This document shows positions 33,696 to 43,545 of a DNA stretch of 64,000 nucleotides, piece by piece. This DNA is from Burkholderiales bacterium (GTDB lineage Bacteria; Pseudomonadota; Gammaproteobacteria; Burkholderiales; Burkholderiaceae_C), in contig JANMGB010000259.1 in NCBI GenBank assembly GCA_031374415.1, forward strand, positions 5,169 through 69,168, read 5' to 3'. The notes below the pieces were generated by a model. The model did not search any database. It saw only the letters and a list, made by a program, of their open reading frames with translations, and was not told the DNA's origin. Both the position numbers and the translations under genes were made by a program. How positions within the stretch are numbered: position 1 is the first letter of the stretch; every line of letters starts with the position of its first letter.

Positions 33696-34862
33696 ATGGC
33701 CACTCTGAAGATAAAAAAATCGCCCGGCACCGGTTCACGCTCAACGCGTGCACCGGTGCGCGGTGTCAACGGCTTGCGTGCTCGACCCACGCTGGCTGAC
33801 AAAGAAGCGCAACGTACCCCGCAGGCGGCAACAACTCCTCGGAGTTCATTTGACAATCAGCGGCCCGCACCAGCCTCAGGGCCCGTCAAGGTCCGTCGGC
33901 CCCCCAACGCCGAGGCGCACCCATTTGGTCCGACGCCCGGGCCACAGCCCCCGGGGTGGTCTTCTGACAACACCGCATTTTCTCCTCAACCACCACGCGT
34001 GCACCCAGGGCCGCACAGGCGCGCGCCTTTCGAGACGCCTGGCGCCATTCCTGGACGCTCCCCTGCGCGGCCCGAGCCCGCCCGACGATTGCACCGACCC
34101 GCGGCGCCTGCCCCTGACATGCGTTTGTCCAAACGCATGAGTGAGCTGGGCATCGCTTCAAGGCGTGAGGCTGATGAATGGATTGCCAAAGGTTGGGTGC
34201 GCGTGGACGGCAAGGTGGTCAGCGAGCTGGGCTCTCGTGTCAGGCCCGGGCAGTTGATCACTGTCGACACGCCAGCCAAATTTCATCAAGCTCGCAAAGT
34301 CACGGTGCTGTTGAACAAGCCAGTCGGCTACGTGAGTGGGCAAGCAGAGGATGGACACGAGCCCGCCTGGGTATTGATTCGCCCAGAAAACCAGTGGCTA
34401 GAAGATAGCTCAGGCATACGCTTTCGTCGAGAGCACACCCGCGGACTGGCCCCCGCCGGTCGGCTTGATTTGGACTCGGTCGGCTTGCTGGTGATGACGC
34501 AAGATGGCCGCATCGCCAAGCAGCTGATCGGCGAAGAGAGCACTGTTGAAAAAGAGTATTTGGTCCAGGTCGCGCCAGTGAAGGGTGGGCCACCCTTGTC
34601 AGAAGCCGGCCTGGCGCTCTTGAATCATGGGCTGGCGTTGGATGATGTTGATCTCAAGCCTGCGCGTGTCGATTGGGTCACAGAGGGCCAACTTCGCTTC
34701 GTACTGCAAGAGGGCAGAAAACGTCAAATTCGACGGATGTGTGAGGCCGTCGGCCTGCAAGTGGTAAGCCTGCAGCGTGTACGAATTGGACAGGTGCAGT
34801 TGGGGTCATTGCCGCCAGGTCGGTGGCGTTACTTGCGGATGGACGAGACTTTCAGCGCGTAA
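33696..34862 (+). CDS. pseudouridine synthase (RsuA/RluB/RluF family) with Pro/Arg-rich N-terminal extension
   Basis: S4 domain (MRLSKRMSELGIASRREADEWIAKGWVRVDGKVV) plus catalytic block GRLDLDSVGLLVMTQDG. The ORF part upstream of 33696 overlaps mutL. Alternative start is the ATG at 34119. Confidence 0.75.
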   Translation: MATLKIKKSPGTGSRSTRAPVRGVNGLRARPTLADKEAQRTPQAATTPRSSFDNQRPAPASGPVKVRRPPNAEAHPFGPTPGPQPPGWSSDNTAFSPQPPRVHPGPHRRAPFETPGAIPGRSPARPEPARRLHRPAAPAPDMRLSKRMSELGIASRREADEWIAKGWVRVDGKVVSELGSRVRPGQLITVDTPAKFHQARKVTVLLNKPVGYVSGQAEDGHEPAWVLIRPENQWLEDSSGIRFRREHTRGLAPAGRLDLDSVGLLVMTQDGRIAKQLIGEESTVEKEYLVQVAPVKGGPPLSEAGLALLNHGLALDDVDLKPARVDWVTEGQLRFVLQEGRKRQIRRMCEAVGLQVVSLQRVRIGQVQLGSLPPGRWRYLRMDETFSA

Positions 34863-35051
34863 CATGGGGGCCTGAGAGGCTTCAGGGGTTTGCATACAGC
34901 GGTATCACGTTTTCCTCGCGGTCGCGGTCTATATCACAAACAAAAACAGTTTGGCAGTGCAATTTGCACCAGTGAAACCAGGCTCACTCTGGGCACACTG
35001 CAAATGCACATCAGTAGGCTACGGTTTGATACATCTGAGGAGTGACCCTTG

Positions 35052-36260
35052 ATGATTTCCATCTTTTCACGCGTCGTGTGGTCTGTCGGGATAGCCTCTG
35101 GACTACTGGCTGGCACCGCTCTGGCAAATCCCAAACCTGTGCGAATCGGGTTCATCTGTCCACTCACGGGCGGATCGCAAGACTTTGGCAACAGCGCGCG
35201 CCTGGGCGCGGAGTTGGCCGTCAAAGAGATCAACGAAGCGGGCGGCTATTTGGGACGCAAGGTTGAGCTGGTTCTGCGTGATGACAAAGCCAACCCCGAT
35301 GAAGGCCGCAAGGTCTCAGAAGATTTGGTGCTCAAAGAGAAGGTCGACTTCACGGTGGGCTTTTGCAATACCGGTGTAGCGATGAAGTCACTCGAGGTGT
35401 TCCAGGACAACAAGCATCTGTTGATGGTGCCTGTGTCGGCCGGAACTGCGGTGACGGCCAAGTACCCTCCGGCATCCAGCTATGTATTCCGCATGTCAGC
35501 CAAAGACACGCTGCAAGCCGGCTTTTTGGTTCAAGAAGTGCTTCGCCGTGGGATGAAAAAGGTCGCGATTTTTGCTGACAAAACCGGCTATGGCGAAGGC
35601 GGCTTCAAGGACGTTGAGAAGTTCTTGGCCGAACAAAAACTGACCCCTGTTTACGTAGGGCGCTTCGACCTGGGCGTGAAATCGCTCCAGCAGCAGGTGC
35701 AAGAAGCCAAGGCCGCTGGGGCCGATGTGATCATTGGCTGGACCGTGGGGCCAGAGTTCGCCGTGTTGGCACAAGCACGCACTGCTGCGAAATTTTCAGG
35801 CCCACTCTACGGCTCGTGGCCCTTGTCGTTTCGGACGGTGTCTGAACGAGCGCAGGGCTCTGCCGAGGGCGCCATCATGGTGCAAACCATCATTCAAGAC
35901 GTCAGCAATGAGCGTCGGTCCTCCTTCATCGCCCGACTGAAGCGCTACGCGGGCAAAGACTATGTCGATTCATTGATGGCTGCAGCGCAAACCTACGATG
36001 CGGTGCAGTTGATGCTGCGTGTGCTGTTTCAAACGAAAGGTGACACCTCTGCAGACGCCCTGAAGGCAGCCCTGGAGAATTTCAACACCCCCTACCGTGG
36101 AGTGATCACCACACACGACAAGCCATTTTCATCGACGGACCACGACGCGTTCAGTCGTAACATGATCTGGCTGGGGACGTGGTTCAAGGGGGAAGTGCAG
36201 TACTACGATCCCGAAGATGCCAAGCGTTCAAGCATCATCCGCCGTAAAGAGCAGCCCTAG
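35052..36260 (+). CDS. ABC transporter periplasmic substrate-binding protein (Leu/Ile/Val-binding-like, type I PBP)
   Basis: Signal peptide, then IGFICPLTGGSQDFGNSARLGAELAVKEINEAGGYLGRKVELVLRDD. A GAGGAG SD lies upstream of TTG 35049 / ATG 35052. Confidence 0.8.
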   Translation: MISIFSRVVWSVGIASGLLAGTALANPKPVRIGFICPLTGGSQDFGNSARLGAELAVKEINEAGGYLGRKVELVLRDDKANPDEGRKVSEDLVLKEKVDFTVGFCNTGVAMKSLEVFQDNKHLLMVPVSAGTAVTAKYPPASSYVFRMSAKDTLQAGFLVQEVLRRGMKKVAIFADKTGYGEGGFKDVEKFLAEQKLTPVYVGRFDLGVKSLQQQVQEAKAAGADVIIGWTVGPEFAVLAQARTAAKFSGPLYGSWPLSFRTVSERAQGSAEGAIMVQTIIQDVSNERRSSFIARLKRYAGKDYVDSLMAAAQTYDAVQLMLRVLFQTKGDTSADALKAALENFNTPYRGVITTHDKPFSSTDHDAFSRNMIWLGTWFKGEVQYYDPEDAKRSSIIRRKEQP

Positions 36261-36357
36261 GGCGTGTTATCGAGACGGTCTGCTCGTTACGAGAGCCTGT
36301 CGGTCGCTGTATCGTATCCTCCAGCTTGGTGCCTCCGTCTCTAGCGCCGTCAGGCTC

Positions 36358-37404
36358 CTACGCCAGATCAGCGGCTGAGGTGAAGGCGTCTGCGAAAAAC
36401 TCGTCGGCAGGCAGACCGCATCGCTGTACCAAGTCAGCCCGAGCGGCGGCGACCATCATGGGGGCGCCGCACGCGTAGACCTGATGCTTGGACAGGTCTG
36501 GCCAATCTTGCATCACCGCCTGATGAACCCAGCCGACACGCCCCTGCCAAGCATCGTCCGAATGCGCGTCAGACAACACGGGCTCGTAACGCAACAAGGG
36601 CCACTGCTCGGCCACCTGTTGCACCCACTCGTGCAGGTACAAATCAACGCGACTGCGGCAGCCCCAGTACAGGGCCACAGGCTGCGGTGATTGGCGAGCA
36701 CGCAGGTGTTCGATCAATGCTTTGATGGGTGCAAAGCCAGTGCCTGAAGCCAGCAGGATCAATGGCTTGGTACTGTCTTCTCGCCAATAAAAACTGCCAT
36801 AAGGGCCTTGCAGCCGCAAGATGTCACGCTCTTTCAAGGTGCTAAACACTTGATCGGTGAACACGCCGCCCGGCATGTGCCGAATGTGCAGCTCAATTCC
36901 GGGGTGGCCCGTGCCCAAGACTTCCAGCTGGCGATGGGGGGCATTGGCCATGGAGTAGCTGCGGCGCTCACCACTGGGCAAAATGAACTCGACGTATTGC
37001 CCGGCGCGCCACTGCCAATGTTCGTTGGTAGGCAACTGCAGGCGCAGCAACATCACATCGGGGGCTAGACGCTGCAGGGTATGCACGCGCGCGGGCATCT
37101 TGCGCACGGGGTAGTCGCCCATATCGACAACGCCGCGTGCCTCGATGCACAGATCCGTTTGGGGGGCGGCGCGGCAGGTCAAAATCAATCCGGCTTCTTC
37201 TTCTCCCGCACTCAGTGCCTTGGCTTGGTGGGTACCGTGAATGACCCTGCCCTCTTTCAGGCGACACTTGCACGATCCACACGCACCGTCTTTGCAGCCG
37301 TACGGCAATCCGACACCGTGACGTATGGCTGCCATCAAAATCGGCTCGTCGCGTTCAACTGAGAAAGAATGCCCACTGGGCTGGACGGTGACGGTAAATG
37401 ACAT
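36358..37404 (-). CDS. 2Fe-2S ferredoxin / FNR-type flavin reductase fusion (CDP-6-deoxy-delta-3,4-glucoseen reductase-like)
   Basis: Plant-type 2Fe-2S motif CKDGACGSCKC...C, FAD-binding RRSYSMAN and NAD(P)-binding LLASGTGFAPI. Confidence 0.8.
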   Translation of the reverse strand: MSFTVTVQPSGHSFSVERDEPILMAAIRHGVGLPYGCKDGACGSCKCRLKEGRVIHGTHQAKALSAGEEEAGLILTCRAAPQTDLCIEARGVVDMGDYPVRKMPARVHTLQRLAPDVMLLRLQLPTNEHWQWRAGQYVEFILPSGERRSYSMANAPHRQLEVLGTGHPGIELHIRHMPGGVFTDQVFSTLKERDILRLQGPYGSFYWREDSTKPLILLASGTGFAPIKALIEHLRARQSPQPVALYWGCRSRVDLYLHEWVQQVAEQWPLLRYEPVLSDAHSDDAWQGRVGWVHQAVMQDWPDLSKHQVYACGAPMMVAAARADLVQRCGLPADEFFADAFTSAADLA

Positions 37405-37490
37405 GACGTACTCAATCTGGACTCAATATGGCTCGCACCAGCAGGTCAAGGTCAAAATCACCGCTGTGTGTCGACCCCCTATTGTCCCCT

Positions 37491-38396
37491 ATGCCATCGC
37501 CTGAGCGTCCTCGTTCCTTGCCCCGGATTTTTAAGCGCCCCCGGTTGTTGATCGTGGGGTGCGGCGACGTGGGCTTGCGCGTGGCCAAGCTGCTGCGTAG
37601 TCGCTTCCGATTGCGGGCGTTGACCTCTTCGGGGTCGCGTTGCGATACCTTGCGCGAAGCAGGCGTTCTGCCATTGCGCGGCAATCTGGACAACGCACGG
37701 TCCGTGCGACGTTTGGCAGGTCTTTCAGCCCGCGTTTTGCACTTGGCACCCCCCCCCTTGCAGGGCCTGACCGACCCACGCACGCGGCACTTGCTGCAAG
37801 CGCTGTCGCGCTCGCCCGCCACCCGGCGTTTGGTCTATGGCAGCACCACCGGCGTCTATGGCGATTGCCAGGGGGCGCAGTTTGATGAAACCCGCGCAGT
37901 CGCACCGCAAACAGCTCGGGCGCATCGGCGGGTGGATGCCGAACAGCAAGTGCGCGCTTATGGCGGGCGTGGTCGCTGCATCAGTGTTTTGCGCATCCCA
38001 GGTATTTACGCCCCTGACCGAGAGGGTGGACCGAGAGAACGTTTATTGCGCGGTGCGCCGGTCTTGCAAGCCGAGGAGGACGTGTACACCAATCACATCC
38101 ATGCAGACGATCTGGCGCGCGCCTGCGTCCGAGCGCTGTTTCAAGGCCGCCCCCAAAGGGTGGTTCATGTGTGTGACGACAGTGACATGAAGATGGGCGA
38201 CTACTTTGACTGGGCTGCGAGCTTGCTGGGTTTGCCTCGTCCCCCACGCATCTCACGGGCCCAGGCTGAGACGACGCTGTCGGCCATGGCCCTGAGTTTC
38301 TTGAGCGAGTCACGCCGCCTGCGCAACGAGCGTTTGAAACGAGAGTTTCGACTGACGTTGCACTACCCCACGCTGGCCGATGTCCGGGGGCTATAG
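37491..38396 (+). CDS. NAD(P)-dependent epimerase/dehydratase-type SDR
   Basis: Rossmann start LLIVGCGDVGLRV and extended-SDR-like body. Start set to the ATG at 37491; the longer ORF begins at 37428. Confidence 0.65.
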   Translation: MPSPERPRSLPRIFKRPRLLIVGCGDVGLRVAKLLRSRFRLRALTSSGSRCDTLREAGVLPLRGNLDNARSVRRLAGLSARVLHLAPPPLQGLTDPRTRHLLQALSRSPATRRLVYGSTTGVYGDCQGAQFDETRAVAPQTARAHRRVDAEQQVRAYGGRGRCISVLRIPGIYAPDREGGPRERLLRGAPVLQAEEDVYTNHIHADDLARACVRALFQGRPQRVVHVCDDSDMKMGDYFDWAASLLGLPRPPRISRAQAETTLSAMALSFLSESRRLRNERLKREFRLTLHYPTLADVRGL

Positions 38397-38418
38397 AAGA
38401 TGCGCTGGGCTGGCTGCA

Positions 38419-39006
38419 TTAGCGTCGGCCAAAGGGTGGGTGGCCCCGCCAATAACGAATGAGGATGAATGCGCCGAGCATGCCCCCCAGGTGCGCAAAG
38501 TGGGCAACACCCGACGCGGTTCCCGTGACACCCAACAGCAACTCAAGCCCGCCATAAATGGCCACCAAGAATTTGGCTTTCATTGGTATGGGGGGGATGA
38601 GGGGCATGATGATGCGGTTGGGGAACATCATGCCGAAGGCCAGCAACAAGCCAAACAGGCCTCCAGAGGCACCCAGGGTGGGCCGTGGCGCCACCAATAA
38701 ATTAACCGCCAGTTGGAGCAAAGCCGCGGTGATGACGCTGGCGATGAACAGCTGGATGTAGCGCTTGGGGCCCCATAAACGTTCAAGCTCCGCACCGAAC
38801 ATCCAGATACCGAGCATGTTGAAAAACAGATGGTTGAAGCTGCCATGCAAAAACGCGTAGGTCACTATTTGCCAGGGCATGAAACCTAGACCCACAGGGT
38901 ACAGCGACAACCAACTGCTCAGAAGATTGCCCAATACATAGTCAAGACAGAACAGGGCCACATTGATCAACATGAGGGCCTGGGTGATCGGTGGGATGGA
39001 GGGCAT
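38419..39006 (-). CDS. rhomboid family intramembrane serine protease
   Basis: Six TM helices. Catalytic Ser in GASGGLFGLL and His in HFAHLGG. Confidence 0.85.
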   Translation of the reverse strand: MPSIPPITQALMLINVALFCLDYVLGNLLSSWLSLYPVGLGFMPWQIVTYAFLHGSFNHLFFNMLGIWMFGAELERLWGPKRYIQLFIASVITAALLQLAVNLLVAPRPTLGASGGLFGLLLAFGMMFPNRIIMPLIPPIPMKAKFLVAIYGGLELLLGVTGTASGVAHFAHLGGMLGAFILIRYWRGHPPFGRR

Positions 39007-39170
39007 GCGGGCGAGCGATTCAACGCTGGAAAATGGGCGGCCAGAACCAACACAGCTGTTGGCAGATAAAAAGATTGTAGTGGGCTGCCCGCTGTCGTGC
39101 GCATGGGCACGAGCATCATGCGAGGGGAAACCAAAACTGAGGGGTCAACCGTTGGGAGAACCCCAAGGGA

Positions 39171-39257
39171 TGGTGCCGGAGGCCGGACTCGAACCGGCAC
39201 AGTATCTCTACCGGGGGATTTTGAGTCCCCTGCGTCTACCAATTTCGCCACTCCGGC
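39171..39257 (-). tRNA. tRNA-Leu (anticodon CAA), CCA encoded
   Basis: The reverse complement folds by eye. Acceptor stem GCCGGAG/CTCCGGC; anticodon stem GGGGA/TCCCC with loop CTCAAAA; long variable arm; T-arm CCGGTTCGAGTCCGG; 3' CCA. Confidence 0.9.
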
Positions 39258-39352
39258 TGAAGGGCAAATTCTGAAGCGCTGTGTACGTCAGAAAGGTGGG
39301 ATTATGGCACGTCTGGATGGCCTTGTGGCAACTCGCCTGCGACAATGAGAGC

Positions 39353-40270
39353 ATGTCGAAAGCTCACCCCACCTACCGTACCCTGGAAGATGTCATTGGT
39401 CACACACCTCTGGTGCGTTTGACCCGGATTCCGGGCGCTGAAAACGATGCACGCAACAATGTGATTCTGGCCAAACTGGAGGGCAACAACCCTGCAGGTT
39501 CGGTCAAGGACCGGCCGGCCATGAACATGATTCGCCGCGCGCAAGAGCGCGGCGACATCCGGCCCGGCGACACCTTGATTGAGGCCACTTCGGGCAACAC
39601 GGGCATCGCCTTGGCCATGGCGGCTGCTATTCGGGGCTACCGGATGGTGTTGATCATGCCGGAGGACTTGTCGATTGAACGCGCCCAGACCATGAAGGCT
39701 TTTGGCGCTGAGCTGATCTTGACGCCGCGCTCAGGGGGCATGGAGTACGCCCGGGATCTCGCAGAAAAAATGGCCAAGGAGGGCCGTGGCCGGGTGTTGG
39801 ATCAGTTTGCCAGCGAGGACAACCCCAGCGTGCACTTCGAAACGACTGGCCCTGAGATTTGGGCAGACACACAGGGCCAAGTCACCCACTTCGTGAGTGC
39901 CATGGGCACCACCGGCACCATCACGGGGACATCTCGGTTTTTGAAATCGCGCAATCCGGCGGTGAAAATTGTGGGCGCGCAACCTGAGGAGGGCTCTCGC
40001 ATCCCGGGCATCCGCAAATGGCCAGAGGCTTATCTGCCTAAGATTTTTGATCCCAGTTGCGTTGATGAGGTGATTTCGGTGAATCAAGCGCAGGCTGAGG
40101 ACATGGCGCGTCGTCTGGCACGCGAGGAAGGCATTTTTGGCGGCATTTCGGCAGCCGGCGCCTGCTGGACAGCGTTGCAAGTGGCACAAAATGTCAGTGA
40201 TGCCACCGTAGTTTTCGTGGTTTGCGACCGCGGTGACCGTTATCTTTCAACGGGCGTTTTCCCAGCCTGA
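39353..40270 (+). CDS. cysM: cysteine synthase B
   Basis: PLP-Lys block NPAGSVKDRPA, plus SGNTGIALA and GTTGTITG. Start set to the ATG at 39353 (MSKAHPTYRTLEDVIGHTPLV). Confidence 0.88.
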   Translation: MSKAHPTYRTLEDVIGHTPLVRLTRIPGAENDARNNVILAKLEGNNPAGSVKDRPAMNMIRRAQERGDIRPGDTLIEATSGNTGIALAMAAAIRGYRMVLIMPEDLSIERAQTMKAFGAELILTPRSGGMEYARDLAEKMAKEGRGRVLDQFASEDNPSVHFETTGPEIWADTQGQVTHFVSAMGTTGTITGTSRFLKSRNPAVKIVGAQPEEGSRIPGIRKWPEAYLPKIFDPSCVDEVISVNQAQAEDMARRLAREEGIFGGISAAGACWTALQVAQNVSDATVVFVVCDRGDRYLSTGVFPA

Positions 40271-40291
40271 GGCCATTGACAAGGAGCTGAC

Positions 40292-40519
40292 ATGGAAGTC
40301 AATAAGGAGCTGGACGCCCGGGGTCTGAACTGCCCCCTGCCTATTCTGAAGGCCAAAAAAGCCTTGGCAGACATGAGCAGTGGTCAGCTGCTCAGGGTGC
40401 TGTCTACCGACCCAGGATCGAACCGGGACTTTCAGGCTTTTGCGCGGCAGACCGGCAACGAGTTGGTGGGCCAAACCACCAACGGTGACGCGTTCGTGCA
40501 TGTGTTGCGGCGACGCTGA
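40292..40519 (+). CDS. TusA-family sulfurtransferase
   Basis: 75 aa with active-site CPLPILKAKKAL. Confidence 0.8.
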   Translation: MEVNKELDARGLNCPLPILKAKKALADMSSGQLLRVLSTDPGSNRDFQAFARQTGNELVGQTTNGDAFVHVLRRR

Positions 40520-40582
40520 TGGTTTGCCGCCCTCCCCCGCCGTGACCTTGCGCGGGGGCTGCCTGAGAAAGAAACCCGCCGA

Positions 40583-41449
40583 TCAAATCTCGACGGTTTT
40601 GAGGTACTCGCGGAAACCCGCGCCAAGTTGCGGGTGGGACAGGGCGAGTTCAACGTTGGCCTGCAGGAACCCTTCTTTGCTGCCGCAGTCGTAGCGTTTG
40701 CCTTGATACTGAAAGGCGAAGACCTTTTCTCGGCGCAGCAACCCTGCAATGCCGTCAGTCAGCTGAATTTCACCGCCCACGCCACGCGGTTGGTTGGCAA
40801 TTTCATGGAAAACACCGGGCGTGAGGATGTAGCGGCCTGCGACGCCCAGCCTTGAGGGCGCATCAGCAGGTGCTGGCTTCTCAACGATCCGGCTGACATC
40901 CATCACGCGGTCATTGACAGACTGACCCGCGATGATGCCGTAGCGACGGGTGTGCTCTTCGGGAACTTCCTGGACGGCCAGGATGGACGCACGCCACTCG
41001 GCGTATTGCTCCACCATTTGGGTCAGAACGGGAGGCTGGCCCACCATCAGGTCATCGGCCAGCAGCACGGCAAAGGGCTCGTTGCCAATCAGGCGTTGCG
41101 CACACAACACCGCATGCCCCAAACCCAGCGCCTGGGCCTGGCGAACGTAGACGCATTCCATGTCGTCAGGCTTGACGCTGCGGACCACTTCCAAAAGCTC
41201 ATGCTTGTGTGAGTTTTCCAGCGCGACTTCGAGCTCGAAGGTCATGTCGAAGTGATCTTCAATGGGGCGTTTGTGGCGGCCGGTGACGAAGATCATTTCG
41301 CGCACGCCCGCAGCGTAGGCCTCCTCAACAGCGTATTGAATCAGCGGTTTGTCGACCACTGGGAGCATTTCTTTGGGCTGTGCCTTGGTCGCGGGCAAAA
41401 AACGCGTGCCCAGCCCGGCTACGGGGAAAATCGCTTTATTGATGTGCAT
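40583..41449 (-). CDS. galU: UTP--glucose-1-phosphate uridylyltransferase
   Basis: [34 protein letters not shown]. Start trimmed to the ATG at 41449. Confidence 0.92.
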   Translation of the reverse strand: MHINKAIFPVAGLGTRFLPATKAQPKEMLPVVDKPLIQYAVEEAYAAGVREMIFVTGRHKRPIEDHFDMTFELEVALENSHKHELLEVVRSVKPDDMECVYVRQAQALGLGHAVLCAQRLIGNEPFAVLLADDLMVGQPPVLTQMVEQYAEWRASILAVQEVPEEHTRRYGIIAGQSVNDRVMDVSRIVEKPAPADAPSRLGVAGRYILTPGVFHEIANQPRGVGGEIQLTDGIAGLLRREKVFAFQYQGKRYDCGSKEGFLQANVELALSHPQLGAGFREYLKTVEI

Positions 41450-41736
41450 AAACTCTCTCTTTGTGTGCAAAAAATTCGGGTTACTGAGTAAACCAATGAA
41501 TTGATGAAAATGATGGGCGCTGCGCCCCGCTGTGCCACCAGGTCGCCAAGGAGCGATGCCCCTGGGAGCTGAAGCGGGCGTCCGACATGCGCTGCATTTG
41601 CTGCAAATCCCGGCGGCAATCTGTCCGCCACTGGAGCCCGAGACCCGGCGTGAGTTTAGCCGGCATGCTTACACAAACTCAGTGAAATGTGTCCCAAGAT
41701 GTTTGCACGCAAGGTTCGAGCCACCCACGCGATGGA

Positions 41737-42423
41737 TCATGAATGCAGCCATGCCAGCGCCGCTGTCCACGTGGCACCGAGCGGCAAACTGTGAACGCTC
41801 ACAGGCACCCGACTGCCATCCGGCAGGTGCAGCTCAGGTGCCGACAATGCCGGGCCTGAACCGACGTCGATGGTCTCTAGGGGCAATTTCAAGCCCCACC
41901 CCACCGCCTTGATGCAGGCTTCTTTGCGCGCCCATGTTTGATGAAAGGCGAGCTGGCGTTCGAGGGGAGGCAGGCCGTACCATGCCTGCTGCTCAAGTGG
42001 TGTGAAGTGCCGCTGAACAAGTCCTTCGGCATCGCGCAGCTCACGCACTTGTTCGATGTCAACCCCGACTTGCCCGTGCATTGACACCGCAATCAGCGCG
42101 GCAGTACCACTGTGGCTGAGGTTGAAATGACAGCCTGGTGCGTCGGGCAAATAGGGCTTGCCATGAGGCCCGCTAGCGAAGCTCAGCGCCTCGGGCGTGG
42201 TGTGTAGCTTGTCGGCCAACAGCTGGCGCAAAGCCACATGTGAAGCAACAAACCGTTGACGGTGAGACTCTCGATAAAACCGCTGGGCGCGCCCGCGCTC
42301 AGTGTCCGAGAGGACGCCTGGACGGGCCAGCTCAGAATGGCTCAGGTCTGCTTGCCAAACTTCACCCAAGGGCCAGACGTGAACACACACAAGCATCTCA
42401 GTGAGGGAGCCCATGTTGAACAA
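41737..42423 (-). CDS. Sfp-type 4'-phosphopantetheinyl transferase
   Basis: Blocks GKPYL, FNLSHSG, GVDIE and WARKEACIKAVG. Start is ambiguous: 42423, 42414, or 42396 (the last lies 1 nt after the upstream stop). Confidence 0.85.
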   Translation of the reverse strand: MFNMGSLTEMLVCVHVWPLGEVWQADLSHSELARPGVLSDTERGRAQRFYRESHRQRFVASHVALRQLLADKLHTTPEALSFASGPHGKPYLPDAPGCHFNLSHSGTAALIAVSMHGQVGVDIEQVRELRDAEGLVQRHFTPLEQQAWYGLPPLERQLAFHQTWARKEACIKAVGWGLKLPLETIDVGSGPALSAPELHLPDGSRVPVSVHSLPLGATWTAALAWLHS

Positions 42424-43525
42424 GGAAGTCGCAAATTTCGGCCTGATCGTCGACCGACAAATCGGGATAGATCGGCAGGCAAATCACCTGGGACGCCACT
42501 TCGGTGGCCACGGGCAGGTTGGTCGGACTGGACGACGCCAAGCCTGCGTAGTTTGGGAAGGTGGAGATCAAGGGGTAGAAGTATCGGCGTGAATAGATGC
42601 CTTGCACTTTCAAGGCGTCGTAGATCTCATCGCGGGTCAGCCCGTAGCTGGGTTTGACCAGCATGGGGAAGTAAGCGTAGTTCCAGCCAGACAGTTGGGG
42701 TGAGCCCATGCATTGCAAGCCGACAACGCCTTGCAGCGCCTGCCGATATCGGGTGTCGACCTCGCGCCGAGCGGCGATGGCGCGGTCAACGTGTTGAAGC
42801 TGCAGGAGGCCAAACGCGGCATTGATCTCGCTCATTTTGCCGTTGATGCCTGCAATGTCGACGGTGACTTCGTCCAGGATGCCGAAGTTCTTGAGCTCGT
42901 CAATGCGCCGTTTGGACTTGGCGTCGTGAGAGACGATGGCCCCACCCTCAAAGGTGTTGAAAACCTTGGTCGCATGGAAGCTCATGATGGACAGGTCACC
43001 ATGATTGAGCACACTGCCGCAGTGGCATTTGACGCCAAAGGCATGCGCCGCGTCATAGATCACTTTGAGGCCATGCCGCCTTGCGATGTCTTCGATGGCA
43101 TCGACATCGCACGGCGTCCCGTAGCAGTGCACGGGCATGATGGCCGAGGTTCGGGGCGTGATGGCCGCTTCAATCTTGGCCGGGTCGAGGTTGAGGCTGA
43201 CGGGGTGGATGTCGACAAACACGGGCTCAATACCATTCCAGACCAAAGAATGCGACGTTGCCACAAATGAAAACGGCGTGGTGATCACCTCACCTCGGAT
43301 GCCCAAGGATTGCAAGGCCGTGATCAAGGCAATGGTGCCGTTGGTGAACAGGGAAATGTGCTTGACCCCGAGATAGTCACACAGGGCAGCCTCGAGTTCG
43401 TGGTGAAAGGGGCCTTCGTTGGTGAGGATTTTGCTGTCCCAAATTCGTTCCAGGTAAGGAATGAATTCTTGCAGCGGCGGCAGCGCCGGACGCGTGACGT
43501 AAATGGGCTTGTTGGACTTTGTCAT
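42398..43525 (-). CDS. DegT/DnrJ/EryC1/StrS-family PLP-dependent (sugar) aminotransferase
   Basis: Fold-type I sugar aminotransferase pattern (YVTRPALPPL..., AIMPVHCYG, PLP-Lys in SFHATKVF). Confidence 0.88.
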   Translation of the reverse strand: MTKSNKPIYVTRPALPPLQEFIPYLERIWDSKILTNEGPFHHELEAALCDYLGVKHISLFTNGTIALITALQSLGIRGEVITTPFSFVATSHSLVWNGIEPVFVDIHPVSLNLDPAKIEAAITPRTSAIMPVHCYGTPCDVDAIEDIARRHGLKVIYDAAHAFGVKCHCGSVLNHGDLSIMSFHATKVFNTFEGGAIVSHDAKSKRRIDELKNFGILDEVTVDIAGINGKMSEINAAFGLLQLQHVDRAIAARREVDTRYRQALQGVVGLQCMGSPQLSGWNYAYFPMLVKPSYGLTRDEIYDALKVQGIYSRRYFYPLISTFPNYAGLASSSPTNLPVATEVASQVICLPIYPDLSVDDQAEICDFLVQHGLPH

Positions 43526-43545
43526 TTTAGGGGGACGTTAGAGCG

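Noticed and set aside
34952-34968. Sigma-54 promoter (TGGCAGTGCAATTTGCA) upstream of the LivJ-like gene.
   Set aside because: The GG-to-GC spacing is 11 nt instead of the strictly conserved 10 nt. It is kept only as part of the palindrome observation.
39171-41736. tRNA-Leu as the integration site of a genomic island carrying the NRPS-PKS and Hsp70 modules.
   Set aside because: The genes immediately next to the tRNA (cysM, tusA-like, galU) are core metabolism. No integrase, direct repeat of the tRNA 3' end or other mobility gene is visible in the window.
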